A stretch of 64,000 bases of DNA from Candidatus Eutrophobius brisbanensis (GTDB taxonomy: Bacteria; Pseudomonadota; Gammaproteobacteria; Eutrophobiales; Eutrophobiaceae), in contig JAYPQE010000003.1 of NCBI GenBank assembly GCA_038131795.1, positions 333,691-397,690 of the forward strand, read 5' to 3'. Shown in pieces: positions 1 through 11,560 of the stretch. Numbering within the stretch: position 1 is the first letter of the stretch; each line of letters begins with the position of its first letter. The translations under genes and the position numbers were made by a program. The notes below the pieces were generated by a model. It ran no database searches, was not told the origin of the DNA, and saw nothing but the letters and a program-made list of their open reading frames with translations.

Positions 1-491
1 ACACCGCCCCCGTGACCTGGGGTACGGTAGAGACCAATGGTCAGCATTCATTTCACCAGTTACTGCACCAGGGGACAGGTTTTATCCCTGTCGATTTCAT
101 CGCCGAATTCAATCCTGTTGATGACGAGCATCATCTGCATTTGTTTGCCAATTGCCTTGCTCAGTCCAATGCACTGATGGCAGGACAAGACATGTCGAAA
201 AAGAGTGACAGTACACTCCATCGTCACATGCCTGGTAACAGGCCCAGTAATATCCTGCTGATGGAGAAATTAACCCCTGAGATATTAGGGGCCCTGATTG
301 CCCTGTATGAACACCGGGTCTTTGTTCAAAGTGTTATCTGGAATATCAATGCTTTTGATCAGTTTGGGGTGGAACTGGGTAAAGAGATCAGCCAGCAGGT
401 CCATTCCAAATTAGGGGGTAACGATACGGCCCCCCAGTTTGATGCGTCGACTGAAGGCTTAATTGAGCTGTACAGGAACAAGACAACGTAA
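1..491 (+). CDS. pgi: glucose-6-phosphate isomerase, C-terminal part (5' end lies outside the window)
   Basis: Translation ends ...AFDQFGVELGKEISQ...LIELYRNKTT, which is the conserved PGI C-terminus; the reading frame runs off the window start. Confidence 0.85.
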   Translation, partial: TAPVTWGTVETNGQHSFHQLLHQGTGFIPVDFIAEFNPVDDEHHLHLFANCLAQSNALMAGQDMSKKSDSTLHRHMPGNRPSNILLMEKLTPEILGALIALYEHRVFVQSVIWNINAFDQFGVELGKEISQQVHSKLGGNDTAPQFDASTEGLIELYRNKTT

Positions 492-555
492 TAAGTAATA
501 CGTTAGACGTAAAACGCGATACATTTCACGTCTAACATATTACATTTTACAGATT

Positions 556-2358
556 TTACGCTACGGCCTGTTTCGCCTGTTCCAGGCGGGTTTGCAGGTC
601 ATTGATTTCCTGGTGAAGTTCAGCGGGGACCTTATCACCGAATCGTTCGTAAAGTTCACGCATGCTGGGGAGTTCTCCCAACCAGTTATCGATATCCACT
701 CTGAGGAGTTCAGCAATGGCATCCTGGTCCATGTCCAGCCCTGATAGATACAGGGCGTCCATGGTGGGCAGGTTGCCAATGGGTGTTTCAATCGCATCTC
801 CCGTGCCTTGGCAACGTTCAAATATCCATTTCAATACCCGGCTGTTTTCACCAAAGCCCGGCCACATGAACTTGCCACCGTCGTTCTTGCGGAACCAGTT
901 AACGTAGTAGATACCAGGGAGTTTCGCATTTTCGGTTTTACCAATGTTGATCCAGTGCTGCCAGTAGGATGCCATGTTATAGCCGCAGAAGGGCAGCATG
1001 GCCATGGGGTCATGGCGTAATTTACCAAGTTCTCCTGAGGCAGCTGCGGTCTTTTCTGAGGATACGATGGAACCCATGAATGTCCCATGGTTCCAGCTAA
1101 GGGCCTCATTTACCAGAGGGACGATAGTGGCCCGTCTGCCGCCAAACAGGATAGCGCTAATAGGTACACCTTTCAGATCTTCCCATTCATCGGCAATGAC
1201 AGGACATTGGCTGGCAGAGACGGTAAACCTGGCATTAGGATGGGCCGCAGGGGTATCGGAATCCGGTGTCCAGTCGTTACCCTTCCAATCGATAAGATGG
1301 GCCGGTGGTTCATCAGTCATACCTTCCCACCAAACATCACCATCATCGGTCTCAGCCACGTTGGTAAAGATACAATTGCCATAAAGTGTCTTCATGGCAT
1401 TGCCATTGGAATCATCACTGGTACCGGGAGCGACCCCGAAGAAGCCGGCTTCTGGATTGATGGCGTAGAGTTGGCCATCAGAACCGAATTTCATCCAGCA
1501 TATATCATCACCCACAGTTTCCACTTTCCAGCCGGGGATAGAAGGGGTCAACATTGCCAGGTTGGTTTTGCCGCAGGCACTGGGAAAGGCGCCGGCGATG
1601 TATTTGACAACACCTTCGGGGTTGGTGAGTTTTAAGATGAGCATGTGCTCGGCCAACCAGCCTTCATCACGGGCCATCACAGAGGCGATTCTCAGGGCCA
1701 GGCACTTTTTGCCCAATAGGGCATTACCGCCATAGCCGGATCCAAATGACCATATCTCACGGGTCTCCGGGTAGTGGACGATATACAGGTTCTCAGGATT
1801 ACATGGCCAGGGGACATCCGTCGTGCCCTCAGTTAGAGGTGAACCCACGGAATGGATACAGGGGACAAATTCACCGTCTTCACCAAGTTCATCCAGGACG
1901 GCGTTACCGACCCGTGCCATCTTGTGCATATTGGTGACCACATAGGGTGAGTCCGTGATCTCTATACCAATATGGGCAATAGGTGAGCCGATAGGGCCCA
2001 TGCTGAACGGGATGACATACATGGTGCGGCCACGCATACATCCTTCATATAACTTATCAAGGGTTTCGCGCATTTCGGCTGGATCACACCAGTGATTAGT
2101 GGGACCGGCATCTACTTCATTTGCTGAACAGATAAATGTCCTGTCTTCTACTCTGGCAACATCTTTGGGATCAGACCTGACCAGATAACTGTTAGGGCGT
2201 AGGTTTTCATTGAGTTTTTTCGCCGTACCTGATTGTACTAACAGGTCCCACATGGCGTTATATTCAGATTCGCTGCCATCACACCAGACAACTTCATCTG
2301 GTTGACACAACTCTGTCATACGGGAGACCCATTCCTGTAATTTTTTATGATTGCTCAT
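556..2358 (-). CDS. pckG: phosphoenolpyruvate carboxykinase (GTP)
   Basis: 600 aa; GTP-PEPCK family hallmarks along the full length (FPSACGKTN kinase-1a motif, [10 protein letters not shown]-terminal nucleotide-binding region). Confidence 0.9.
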   Translation of the reverse strand: MSNHKKLQEWVSRMTELCQPDEVVWCDGSESEYNAMWDLLVQSGTAKKLNENLRPNSYLVRSDPKDVARVEDRTFICSANEVDAGPTNHWCDPAEMRETLDKLYEGCMRGRTMYVIPFSMGPIGSPIAHIGIEITDSPYVVTNMHKMARVGNAVLDELGEDGEFVPCIHSVGSPLTEGTTDVPWPCNPENLYIVHYPETREIWSFGSGYGGNALLGKKCLALRIASVMARDEGWLAEHMLILKLTNPEGVVKYIAGAFPSACGKTNLAMLTPSIPGWKVETVGDDICWMKFGSDGQLYAINPEAGFFGVAPGTSDDSNGNAMKTLYGNCIFTNVAETDDGDVWWEGMTDEPPAHLIDWKGNDWTPDSDTPAAHPNARFTVSASQCPVIADEWEDLKGVPISAILFGGRRATIVPLVNEALSWNHGTFMGSIVSSEKTAAASGELGKLRHDPMAMLPFCGYNMASYWQHWINIGKTENAKLPGIYYVNWFRKNDGGKFMWPGFGENSRVLKWIFERCQGTGDAIETPIGNLPTMDALYLSGLDMDQDAIAELLRVDIDNWLGELPSMRELYERFGDKVPAELHQEINDLQTRLEQAKQAVA

Positions 2359-2556
2359 TAGCGATGTTTATCCTGTTAGTCTTAGTCTGTAAATGTATAA
2401 AAAAAAATATCCCTACATCCAATTGTTATTGGATATGAAAGATATTGATTTATTTTATGAGTACTGCCTGCCCCAGTTGAAAGCCATGTTGGAAAGATAA
2501 CAGATTCTGCCTGGCAGATTCAGTTTTTATCTCATGGCATTTCGTGGGGCATTATC

Positions 2557-4596
2557 TCATTTTATTTCACAATGCTTCAAGTCTGATATTAATTGTTCAA
2601 GTTTTGTAAACGGTGTTTTGCATGTGAATCCAGCACATACATAGGCAACGGCATCCCCCTGAGGCAGCCGTTTTTCCAGTAATCCAGGGAGATTCAGAAC
2701 ATTATCCGCAATAGCATAGCTCCGGGTCCTGGTGTCGCTAATTTCATTTCGGCATTGAATCTGCCAGTGGCCAATCTCGTTCTGATTACCCCGAATGATA
2801 ATTTGTCCGGGGGGGTGACTGAAGTCGAGCAGGGCTGTGAGCATGGAGGCATGTGACATGGGTAATGATTGCATGGGCCCCCAGGCCGCCTTGAGGGTCT
2901 TTTCTGCGGCCTCCAGGTAGTCCTGATTACCCACCAGGTGCCCCAGCTGCAATAATACCTGGACGGCAATGCCATTGCCTGACGGTGTCGCATCATCCAT
3001 ATAATCCTTGCGGCGCTGGATTAATGTCTCGTGATCATGAGACGTGAAGAAAAAGCCACCGTCTTTCTTATCATAAAACTGTTGCAATAAGATGTTGGTC
3101 AGTTCAATGGCAAAATTTAGCCATTGGCTGTCCCACCTGGCAGACAACAGGACCAGGATTGCATCGATCAGAAAGGCATAGTCATCCAGATAGGCATCGA
3201 GGTGGGCCCGGCCGTCCTTGCTGGTGGCATATAGCCGGTTATTGTTCCATAAATTGTCGTAAATAAATTCCAGGGCCCGACTGGCCGAGTGTAGATAGGA
3301 TTCTTCGCCGGTAACCAGGTAAGCATTGACCATACCCTTAATGGCCAGGGCATTCCATGAGGGCAGGACCTTTTCATCTCGTCCAGGCCACACCCGCTGG
3401 TTTCGTCTTTCCAGCAGTTTAGTCTTGGCTGCTGTTAAATCACCTGATTTACCGGGATCAGGCTGCGGGACAAACAAATGCCACTGACCTTCAAAATTCG
3501 GCGGGTAGTCCATGCCATAATAATTTGCAAAACTTTGGTACTCATCCGGCTCCAGTTCGGCCTTAACTTCATCATGGTTCCAGACGTAAAATTTTCCTTC
3601 GTGGCCTTCTGAGTCCGCATCCAGTGACGAATAATACCCGCCATCAGATGCCTGCATGTCGCGCATAATCCATTGTGCCGTTTCATGAATGACCGGCCTA
3701 ATTTCTGGATCATCTGTAGTCATCAGTGCATGGGCATAATTGGTCAGCAGCTGGCCGTTGTCATAAAGCATCTTTTCAAAATGCGGGATCATCCAGTAAG
3801 CATCCACCGAATACCGGCAAAATCCCCCGCCCAGGTGGTCATAAATACCGCCATTTGCCATCTTCTTTAACGTAACAGCAACCATGGTAGTTGCAGTGTC
3901 CGCCGTTTCTCTGGCTTCAAAATCCTTTAGAGACAGTAATAAGTCCTGGGTCGGTGATTGGGGAAATTTAGGTGCCCCGCTGTGGCCGCCATTTTTATTA
4001 TCAAAATATTCATAAAGATCTGCTATGGCGTGGTTTATCGGTGAGGTGCTCAGCGAGGAATCGTTTTGTTCAGTTTCCTGGGTCCGGGCCAGGGCGGTGA
4101 CCATGGCATCATTCTGTTTTCTGATGGCCGGTAGTTGTGTCTGATACATATCGGCAATGCGTTCGAGCAGTTCCCTGAATCCCGGCAGGCCGAAACGTGC
4201 CTCGGGTGGGAAATAGGTGCCGCCAAAGAATGGTACCTGGTCATCGTGGGTCAATACCATGGTCAAGGGCCAGCCGCCTCCACGCTGGGCGAGTAACTGG
4301 TGAGCCGTTTGATAGATCCTGTCCAGATCCGGGCGTTCTTCACGATCCACTTTGATGTTCACAAAGCACCTGTTCATGATTTCTGCGGTAGCCTCATCCT
4401 CAAACGATTCATGGGCCATCACGTGACACCAGTGACAGGCAGAATAACCGATAGATAATAGAACGGGTTTTTGCTGTTCTCTGGCCAGTGCCAAAGATTC
4501 CTCATTCCAGGGATACCAAGCTACCGGGTTATGGGCATGTTGCAGCAGGTAGGGACTGGTTTCGTTAATTAGATTGTTGGTGAATTTTGAGTGCAT
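2557..4596 (-). CDS. thioredoxin-domain protein of the YyaL/DUF255 (SSP411-like) family with a six-hairpin glycosidase-like domain
   Basis: 679 aa; N-terminal [33 protein letters not shown] thioredoxin-like motif followed by a long alpha/alpha-toroid-like region. Confidence 0.8.
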   Translation of the reverse strand: MHSKFTNNLINETSPYLLQHAHNPVAWYPWNEESLALAREQQKPVLLSIGYSACHWCHVMAHESFEDEATAEIMNRCFVNIKVDREERPDLDRIYQTAHQLLAQRGGGWPLTMVLTHDDQVPFFGGTYFPPEARFGLPGFRELLERIADMYQTQLPAIRKQNDAMVTALARTQETEQNDSSLSTSPINHAIADLYEYFDNKNGGHSGAPKFPQSPTQDLLLSLKDFEARETADTATTMVAVTLKKMANGGIYDHLGGGFCRYSVDAYWMIPHFEKMLYDNGQLLTNYAHALMTTDDPEIRPVIHETAQWIMRDMQASDGGYYSSLDADSEGHEGKFYVWNHDEVKAELEPDEYQSFANYYGMDYPPNFEGQWHLFVPQPDPGKSGDLTAAKTKLLERRNQRVWPGRDEKVLPSWNALAIKGMVNAYLVTGEESYLHSASRALEFIYDNLWNNNRLYATSKDGRAHLDAYLDDYAFLIDAILVLLSARWDSQWLNFAIELTNILLQQFYDKKDGGFFFTSHDHETLIQRRKDYMDDATPSGNGIAVQVLLQLGHLVGNQDYLEAAEKTLKAAWGPMQSLPMSHASMLTALLDFSHPPGQIIIRGNQNEIGHWQIQCRNEISDTRTRSYAIADNVLNLPGLLEKRLPQGDAVAYVCAGFTCKTPFTKLEQLISDLKHCEIK

Positions 4597-4773
4597 AAGA
4601 AGATAGTGCCACAGACCACACAGAAAAAAAATAAATGGATAGGATTAACAGGATTTTAAAGGATTAACACGATTAAAAAATATTTCTTCTCTGATCTCTG
4701 TATCCTCGAAAAGCAGTTCCTTAATATTTTTTAACGACTCTTCAGTCATGTACCCGTGTTAAACTAGGCACTT

Positions 4774-5574
4774 ATGATAACGTATCCAAATATTGACCCC
4801 ATTGCCCTGGATCTGGGCGTTGTTCAGGTGCGCTGGTACGGGCTAACGTATCTGGCCGGCCTGGGCATTGCCTGGTGGTTATTAAACAGACGTGCCGGGG
4901 AACTCACTAATCGATGGACCAGTGATGAGGTGGCGGATTTAATCTTTTATGGAGCGGTTGGGGTAATTATCGGAGGACGGTTCGGTTCGGCCTTGTTTTA
5001 TAACCTGCCATACTACCTCTCCAATCCTATAGATATCTTCAAGGTATGGCAGGGAGGAATGTCCTTTCATGGCGGTCTGATCGGCGTTGCTGTCGCTGTC
5101 TGGTATTTTGCCCGTAAAACTGACCGCACCTTCTTTGAAGTCGGGGATTATCTTATCCCGGTGGTCCCCGTGGGGCTCGGTTTAGGTCGGATCGGAAATT
5201 TTATTAATGGTGAACTTTGGGGGGCGCCGTCGGACATGCCCTGGGCAATGATCTTTCCCGGTGCCGGCGGGATCCCACGTCATCCTTCACAGTTATATGA
5301 GGCAATTCTGGAAGGGTTGGTGTTGTTTATCATTCTCTGGTGGTTTTCGTCTTCATCGCGGCCGCGAATGGCAGTGTCCGGTCTATTTTTTTTATTCTAC
5401 GGTATATTTAGAACTATGGTGGAATTTGTCAGAGAACCTGATGCCCACATTGGATACCTGGCGGGAGAATGGTTAACCGTGGGGCAGATACTCTCCATGC
5501 CGATGATACTTCTGGGTGGTATACTGCTATTTATGGCATATAAAAGTAAGAGTCAGGTAAGGAGTGAGAAGTGA
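4774..5574 (+). CDS. lgt: prolipoprotein diacylglyceryl transferase
   Basis: 266 aa; conserved Lgt N-terminus (PNIDPIALDLGVVQVRWYGLTYLAG) and multiple transmembrane segments. Confidence 0.9.
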   Translation: MITYPNIDPIALDLGVVQVRWYGLTYLAGLGIAWWLLNRRAGELTNRWTSDEVADLIFYGAVGVIIGGRFGSALFYNLPYYLSNPIDIFKVWQGGMSFHGGLIGVAVAVWYFARKTDRTFFEVGDYLIPVVPVGLGLGRIGNFINGELWGAPSDMPWAMIFPGAGGIPRHPSQLYEAILEGLVLFIILWWFSSSSRPRMAVSGLFFLFYGIFRTMVEFVREPDAHIGYLAGEWLTVGQILSMPMILLGGILLFMAYKSKSQVRSEK

Positions 5575-5617
5575 GGGGTGAGGTGAAAGCGTCAGATTGT
5601 AGGAACATATATTTAAT

Positions 5618-6412
5618 ATGAAGCAGTATCTGGATTTAATGCGACATGTGCGAGAGCACGGTGTGGAGAAGTCTGACCGGACGGGAACCGGAACCCTGAG
5701 TGTGTTTGGTTACCAGATGCGGTTTGACTTGAATGACGGGTTTCCCCTGGTGACCACCAAGAAGGCGCACCTGAAATCTATCATTTATGAATTGCTGTGG
5801 TTTCTAAACGGCGATACTAATATCAAGTACCTCAAGGAGCATGGAGTAAAAATATGGGACGAATGGGCCGATGAGGAAGGCAACCTTGGGCCTGTTTACG
5901 GTGCGCAGTGGCGGTCCTGGCGCGGGGCTGATGGCAGTGTAATCGATCAGATAACAGATGTGATAGATCAAATCAGGAACAACCCGGATTCAAGAAGACT
6001 AATCGTCAGTGCCTGGAACGTGGGCGAACTGGACAAAATGGCATTGGCGCCTTGTCATGCCTTCTTTCAATTTTACGTGGCAGATGGAAAACTTTCATGC
6101 CAGTTATACCAACGCAGTGCGGACATATTTCTCGGGGTGCCGTTTAATATCGCATCTTATGCACTACTTACCATGATGATCGCAAAAGTGACGAATTTAC
6201 AATATGGCGATTTTATTCATACCTTTGGAGATGCACATTTATATCTAAATCACCTGCAACAGGCGGACGAACAACTTTCCCGGGAGCCTTACCCCCTGCC
6301 CAGGATGAATATCAATGAAAACATCACTTCAATATTTGAGTATAAATTTGAGGATTTTGAACTGCAAAACTACCAGGCGCATCCCCATATTCCGGCACCG
6401 GTAGCAGTCTAA
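5618..6412 (+). CDS. thyA: thymidylate synthase
   Basis: 264 aa; [11 protein letters not shown]...[12 protein letters not shown]...[10 protein letters not shown] catalytic-Cys region. Confidence 0.95.
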   Translation: MKQYLDLMRHVREHGVEKSDRTGTGTLSVFGYQMRFDLNDGFPLVTTKKAHLKSIIYELLWFLNGDTNIKYLKEHGVKIWDEWADEEGNLGPVYGAQWRSWRGADGSVIDQITDVIDQIRNNPDSRRLIVSAWNVGELDKMALAPCHAFFQFYVADGKLSCQLYQRSADIFLGVPFNIASYALLTMMIAKVTNLQYGDFIHTFGDAHLYLNHLQQADEQLSREPYPLPRMNINENITSIFEYKFEDFELQNYQAHPHIPAPVAV

Positions 6413-6924
6413 TGAATCGAAAAACAAAAATCTCCCTGATTGTGGCGATGGACCAGAAGGGTGTAATCGGCAAAGGCAATGAATTACCGTGGCATCTTTC
6501 TACCGATCTGAAAAATTTCAAACATGTGACCATGGACAAGCCGATCATCATGGGCAGAAAGACCCATGAGTCCATCGGTAAGCCTTTGCCTGGCAGGCGA
6601 AATATTATTGTCACCCGAAACACTGATTTTCAATCAGAAGGTTACGAGGTCTGTCATAGCCTGGATGAGGCAATCAAACTGTGTGAAGCGGATGAGGAAC
6701 TGGTTATCATCGGGGGGAGTGAATTATACCATGATGCGCTGGACGTGGTGTTTCGGATATATCTCACCGAGGTCCATGCTGATGTGGAGGGTGACGTTTA
6801 TTTTCCCGCCTTCGATAAAGGGGAGTGGGATCTGCTTTTAAAAGATGATGTGGATGCAGACGAAAACAATGATTATCCTTTCACTATGTCTATCCTGGAA
6901 AAACGACACCCGCTTTACTGGTGA
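6412..6924 (+). CDS. folA: dihydrofolate reductase
   Basis: 170 aa; ISLIVAMDQKGVIGKGNELPWHL...IMGRKTHESIG; start overlaps the thyA stop (TAATG), as in the usual thyA-folA coupling. Confidence 0.9.
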   Translation: MNRKTKISLIVAMDQKGVIGKGNELPWHLSTDLKNFKHVTMDKPIIMGRKTHESIGKPLPGRRNIIVTRNTDFQSEGYEVCHSLDEAIKLCEADEELVIIGGSELYHDALDVVFRIYLTEVHADVEGDVYFPAFDKGEWDLLLKDDVDADENNDYPFTMSILEKRHPLYW

Positions 6925-7551
6925 TTAAACCAAACCGCTTTGTAGAATACCATCAATGACAAATTGAACAGCTAGCGCTGACAGTAGCACACCCATCACC
7001 CTGCTAATCACATTCATTCCCGTAAGCTTAATAAGCTGCTGTAAGCGGGTTGCAATTAATAGCAATGCAAGCGTTATAATCAAAACGGCTAGCAGTGAAC
7101 AGAGAATGATCACTTCATTCAGAAATTGGGTATCGGCATTTGCCATTAGTAAGATGGAAGCACCCATGGAACCGGGACCGGCTATCAGCGGTGTAGCCAA
7201 TGGAAACACTGAAATGTCTTCACTCATAATGGCTTCATCTACCTCTTCCTTGGTCGCGGATGTCCCTCCTGAAGGTCTGGCAAAGACCATATCTATTCCA
7301 ATTAACAATAATAAAATTCCCCCGGCAATTCTCAAGGCTGCAAGGGATATCCCAAGGGCGTTTAAAACAAAATTACCAAATAATGCAAATAATAAAAGGA
7401 TGAGTCCGCTGATAATTACGCCTTTTATGGCAATGGTGTATCTGGTTTTGACTGGAATGTTAGGGGTTAATGCGGCAAATACAGCAGCGACATCAAAGGG
7501 TGCAATCGTTGCAAAAAAAGTAGTAAAGGCAATAATGAAAATTTCCAGCAT
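6925..7551 (-). CDS. marC: MarC-family (UPF0056) inner-membrane protein
   Basis: 208 aa, polytopic membrane protein with a MarC-like N-terminus. Confidence 0.75.
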   Translation of the reverse strand: MLEIFIIAFTTFFATIAPFDVAAVFAALTPNIPVKTRYTIAIKGVIISGLILLLFALFGNFVLNALGISLAALRIAGGILLLLIGIDMVFARPSGGTSATKEEVDEAIMSEDISVFPLATPLIAGPGSMGASILLMANADTQFLNEVIILCSLLAVLIITLALLLIATRLQQLIKLTGMNVISRVMGVLLSALAVQFVIDGILQSGLV

Positions 7552-7554
7552 GTG

Positions 7555-8193
7555 TTAAATTGCACCATGGTCCTGAAGGACATCATAAATAGTTTTTGCA
7601 ATTTGCTCATATCCATTGGAATTTGGATGGGCAATATCAGATTTCAATGACTTATCTGATAAGACATCTGGTATCAGGTCTTCAATAAAAACAACACCGG
7701 TCTCATCAGCTATCTTGCTGTAGATTTCATCGGAAGACAAAAACAGGCCAGGGCGGGGGACACCCAAGAGCATCACCGGGATATTGCGTTGTGCAGCCAT
7801 GGCAATCATCTTCCTGACGTTTTCTCCCATGATGTTCAGGTCCCGTTTCTGTAGAATATCATTGCCGCCATGACAGAGTATTAACAGATCGGGAGAATGC
7901 TGCTCCAGTAGCGCAGGCAGCCGGTTCAGGCCTTCCTCGGAAATTTCACCATTGATGCCAGCATTGATCACCTTTCGGTTGGTCAGGTTCTGGAGTATGG
8001 CTGGATAACTTTGGTGGTCATCAGCCCCTTTGCCTTTGGTTAGACTATCACCAAAGGACAGGATGACCGCACTACTGGATAGCCGGGGCAGGTCATTGGA
8101 AGACCCGCATGCTATCAGTATAGATAAGACGCATGAAACTAGAAAAACCTGAATGTATGGTTTTAAACTCAGCCATGAAGTCTTCATAAACAA
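7555..8193 (-). CDS. SGNH/GDSL hydrolase (arylesterase / lysophospholipase L1-like), secreted
   Basis: Signal peptide, then a FGDSLT(K)G GDSL block and a C-terminal DxxH block. Confidence 0.8.
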   Translation of the reverse strand: MFMKTSWLSLKPYIQVFLVSCVLSILIACGSSNDLPRLSSSAVILSFGDSLTKGKGADDHQSYPAILQNLTNRKVINAGINGEISEEGLNRLPALLEQHSPDLLILCHGGNDILQKRDLNIMGENVRKMIAMAAQRNIPVMLLGVPRPGLFLSSDEIYSKIADETGVVFIEDLIPDVLSDKSLKSDIAHPNSNGYEQIAKTIYDVLQDHGAI

Positions 8194-8212
8194 CCCTGCT
8201 CAAGTATTGTCG

Positions 8213-9034
8213 TCATTTCTGTAAAGAGGGTACCTGATAAATCATATTATCTTCCAGCCGTAATGCTGTGAGTTTACGGCCCCAGACACAGCCGGTATCC
8301 AGTGGGTAGACATTATAGAATTTAAACTCTCTTGGGTCACTGTCATGTAATGATGCCCAGTGACCAAACACTATATTTTCATCGGCATGCTTGCGGTTTT
8401 CGATACTAAACCATGGGTAGTAGCCGGTTTTTTTTGAGCCCACTGGGCCTTTGTCTTTTAGGTTAATTTTGCCCGATTGTTTGTAATACCGGCTGCGGGT
8501 ACAGTAATTGATGATACAACGTATCCTGTCCCAGCTGGTCAATTTGTCATCCCATTGCTCTGGTGTGTCGCCATACATATTTCCCAGCAGTTCGGTATAT
8601 TTTTCAGATTGCATAATCGCCTCCACTTCGCCAGATAGTGCCAGGGCATGGGAGAGGTCCCATCTGGGGTGTAAGCCCGCATGGACCATGGTAAATCCCA
8701 GTTTTGAATCGTGATGGACCAAAGGAAATTGCCGAACCCAGTCAAGCAGCTCCTGGCTGTCGTCGGCATTTAAAATTCCTTGCAAGGTGTCTTTTTTTCC
8801 GGCTGAGGTGACATTGTTTGCAATGGCTAACAGGTGACATTCATGATTACCCAGTACCGACACTGCGTTATATTGTTTGGCGAGCCGCAGGGCCCCCAGA
8901 GAATCCGGTCCACGATTGATAATATCACCTGTTAACCAGAGCCTGTCAGTGTCAGGATTAAACTTCATGTTGCTGAGTAAATTTTCAAATTCCTGACGAC
9001 AGCCTTGAATGTCGCCAATGACATAGGTGGCCAT
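8213..9034 (-). CDS. apaH: bis(5'-nucleosyl)-tetraphosphatase (symmetrical)
   Basis: MATYVIGDIQGC... metallophosphatase N-terminus matches ApaH. The open frame extends to 9103, but homology favours the ATG at 9034, one nucleotide after the apaG stop (TGAtATG). Confidence 0.85.
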   Translation of the reverse strand: MATYVIGDIQGCRQEFENLLSNMKFNPDTDRLWLTGDIINRGPDSLGALRLAKQYNAVSVLGNHECHLLAIANNVTSAGKKDTLQGILNADDSQELLDWVRQFPLVHHDSKLGFTMVHAGLHPRWDLSHALALSGEVEAIMQSEKYTELLGNMYGDTPEQWDDKLTSWDRIRCIINYCTRSRYYKQSGKINLKDKGPVGSKKTGYYPWFSIENRKHADENIVFGHWASLHDSDPREFKFYNVYPLDTGCVWGRKLTALRLEDNMIYQVPSLQK

Positions 9035-9035
9035 A

Positions 9036-9404
9036 TCAGTGCATTGTGACGTTGGAGGATAATCTAAATAGCGGGATAGGTACGATGATTTCATTACCGT
9101 CATCGGTGACCATCTTATAATTGCCTTCCATGCAACCCACCGGGGTAGCCAGAATGGCCCCGCTGGAGTACCTGAATTCCTGTCCGGGTGTGATATGCGG
9201 TTGCAGGCCTACCACACCTTCTCCCTCTACCTGTTGAATTTTATTATTGGCATCGGTAATGACCCATTGCCTGCGTAGCAGTTTTACCGCGGTCTCGCCC
9301 TTGTTTTCAATGGTGATTGTATAAGAAAACACATAATGGTCCTGTGCCGGAACCGATTGGTCGGTGAGAAATTCGGTTTCAACTGTTATCACTATATCTG
9401 ACAT
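9036..9404 (-). CDS. apaG: ApaG (DUF525) protein
   Basis: About 122 aa; YVFSYTITIENKG...QGEGVVGLQP ApaG signature; alternative start at 9422. Confidence 0.85.
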   Translation of the reverse strand: MSDIVITVETEFLTDQSVPAQDHYVFSYTITIENKGETAVKLLRRQWVITDANNKIQQVEGEGVVGLQPHITPGQEFRYSSGAILATPVGCMEGNYKMVTDDGNEIIVPIPLFRLSSNVTMH

Positions 9405-9475
9405 GTGTGCATTTGACAGCATTGATCGGGGCTATGCAAGTGATTGGAAATATTCACTTCATTGATATCTTCATT

Positions 9476-10981
9476 TTATGTAGATAAGCCATGGCTGCGA
9501 AAACTTAACGCCTCAGTGACGTGGTGCTTCTCAATACTTTCGGCACTATCCAGGTCTGCTATGGTCCTTGAGACTTTTATAATTCTGAAAAGAGAGCGTG
9601 CAGAAAGGTTAAAGCGGTTCGCGGCCTTTTCCATTATTTGCCTGATGTCTGTAGACAACTGGCAATATTCACTAATCTCTGTATTGGACAGAAAATTATT
9701 GAGTTTGCCGCAACGGGCCATTTGCAGGTCCTGTGCCGCAATGACTCTTTGCTGTACGGTGACACTGTTTTCTATATCCGTCTCATCCAATGTGTGCAGA
9801 ATTTCATTGCCGAGATTGGGTACCTCAATGTGAATATCAATCCTGTCCAATAATGGCCCCGAAATCTTTGTTCGATAGCGACGGATCTGTTCGGGTGTAC
9901 AGCCACATCGATCAGTGGTGTCCCCATAATAACCACAGGGGCATGGATTCATGGCGGCAATTAATTGAAACTGTGCTGGAAAGGTCTGTTGATTGGCGGC
10001 ACGGGAAATTGAGATCTTGCCTGATTCTATGGGTTCCCGTAATACTTCAAGTACCTTGCGATCAAATTCTGGCAGTTCATCAAGAAACAATACACCCAGA
10101 TGCGCCAGTGAGACTTCTCGTGGTCTGGGATGACTTCCGCCCCCCACCAGTGCCACAGCGGATGCTGTATGGTGAGGAGAACGAAAAGGCCGGCGTCTCC
10201 AGGTATGAATGTTAAACCCCTGCGATGAAATGGAATGGACTGCGGCCACTTCCAGGGCACAATCCTCATCCAGTGCAAGTAGAATCCCGGGCAGTCGTTT
10301 AGCGAGCATGGTCTTGCCGGTGCCAGGCGGCCCCATCATCAACAGGTTATGATTACCCGCCGCGGCAACCTCCAGTGCCCGCTTGGCCTGATATTGGGCC
10401 TTTACCTCACAGAGATCGGGAAATTTATCCGGTCGATATTGGTGCTGATAGTCGAACCTTTTTATTGGCTGTATCCCGGTTAGATGGGCACACACCTCAT
10501 TCAGATTTTTGGCCGGGTAGATATCCAGATCACTAATAAGAGCCGCTTCCCGTGCATTGGCATACGGAATAATAAGGCTACGGGCTGCCTGCTGGGTGAA
10601 TTTCGCCATGGGCAGGCAACCGTTAACCGGCCGCAGTCTCCCGGTCAGGGCCAGTTCACCGGCAAATTCAAAACCCTCAAGTGCTTTTTGTGGAATTTGC
10701 CCTGAGGTAGCCAGGATGCCAATGGCAATGGGTAAATCAAACCGGCCACTGGTCTTGGGCAGGTCGGCAGGCGCCAGGTTAACGGTGATACGTTTGAGAG
10801 GGTACTCAAACTGATTATTCAGCAGGGCACTCCTGACCCTGTCCTTGCTTTCTTTTACCGCGGTCTCCGGTAGACCGACTATGGAAAACCCAGGCAGTCC
10901 CCTGGACAGATGCACCTCAATGGTGACTAAGGGTGAATTGATACCGGACAACGCCCGGCTGTATACAATGGCCACTTCCAT
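9476..10981 (-). CDS. comM: YifB/ComM-family Mg-chelatase-like AAA+ ATPase
   Basis: 501 aa; N-terminal Lon-like/ChlI domain, Walker A GPPGTGKT, C-terminal Mg_chelatase_C region. Confidence 0.9.
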   Translation of the reverse strand: MEVAIVYSRALSGINSPLVTIEVHLSRGLPGFSIVGLPETAVKESKDRVRSALLNNQFEYPLKRITVNLAPADLPKTSGRFDLPIAIGILATSGQIPQKALEGFEFAGELALTGRLRPVNGCLPMAKFTQQAARSLIIPYANAREAALISDLDIYPAKNLNEVCAHLTGIQPIKRFDYQHQYRPDKFPDLCEVKAQYQAKRALEVAAAGNHNLLMMGPPGTGKTMLAKRLPGILLALDEDCALEVAAVHSISSQGFNIHTWRRRPFRSPHHTASAVALVGGGSHPRPREVSLAHLGVLFLDELPEFDRKVLEVLREPIESGKISISRAANQQTFPAQFQLIAAMNPCPCGYYGDTTDRCGCTPEQIRRYRTKISGPLLDRIDIHIEVPNLGNEILHTLDETDIENSVTVQQRVIAAQDLQMARCGKLNNFLSNTEISEYCQLSTDIRQIMEKAANRFNLSARSLFRIIKVSRTIADLDSAESIEKHHVTEALSFRSHGLST

Positions 10982-11014
10982 GTGTCCCTTCCTTATATTG
11001 TAGGTAAAACCAGA

Positions 11015-11289
11015 TTATAGACTTTCTTCTTCTTTACTGCCTTTTTTTAATTGGTCTTCTAGTACTGTAATTTTAGTTTCCAGTTCATCAAGTAGTTTAC
11101 GCGTATTGGCGAGCAACTCCTGTTGAATATCAAATTCTTCCCGGGTGACCAGGTCCATCTTCTTCAGGGAGGCGGTTAAAGCCGTTTTTATATTTTTTTC
11201 AATGTCCTCGCGGGTCCGGCGCAGGTCTTGTGGCAAGAGGTTAGAGATTTGTTTAACCAGGTGGTCAATATTTTCAGTTTTAATGGTCA
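11015..11289 (-). CDS. ubiK: ubiquinone biosynthesis accessory factor UbiK (YqiC/BMFP family)
   Basis: Coiled-coil small protein with a ...LVTREEFDIQQELLANTRKLLDELETKI... motif. Start set at MTIKTE (11289); longer alternatives run to 11428. Confidence 0.6.
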
Positions 11290-11493
11290 TTGTTAGATTC
11301 CGTTCATCGATTAACCCATATTTTCGCATACTAGCGGCAACAATGTCTGATTCAGAAATTGGCACTGAGTGCGTGCAACATGTTGGAATTCTTGCACCAC
11401 AATGACGCAAATTCATGTTGCATCGCAAGTATAATCTGACTGCTAAACTATTATGAAATTATAATTTATTGAAAAATATGGATAAATAATTTT

Positions 11494-11509
11494 TGGCACG
11501 GTCCATGCA
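11494..11509 (+). promoter_or_regulatory. sigma54 (-24/-12) promoter TGGCACG-N4-ATGCA, about 50 bp upstream of the outer-membrane-protein gene
   Basis: tTGGCACGgtccaTGCAt, with the GG and GC dinucleotides 12 bp apart as in the RpoN consensus TGGCACG-N4-TTGCW. Confidence 0.6.
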
Positions 11510-11560
11510 TTACAAGGGTGACGTTTCATTACTTTTGTTAATTTATATGGAGATCATGTT

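Noticed and set aside
561-1937. Multiple 60-180 aa ORFs (561..821-, 662..907+, 808..1020+, 831..1109-, 998..1384+, 1087..1635+, 1746..1937+) inside pckG
   Set aside because: All lie within or antisense to the well-supported 600-aa PEPCK gene and have no recognisable domains; these are shadow ORFs.
2415-2440. Palindrome TCCAAT-N4-ATTGGA upstream of pckG
   Set aside because: Short and AT-rich, with no match to a known operator that I recognise; could be chance.
9444-10814. ORFs on the plus strand inside comM (9444..9833, 9638..9853, 9790..10215, 10484..10705, 10557..10814)
   Set aside because: Embedded in or antisense to the conserved 501-aa ComM/YifB gene; no domains.
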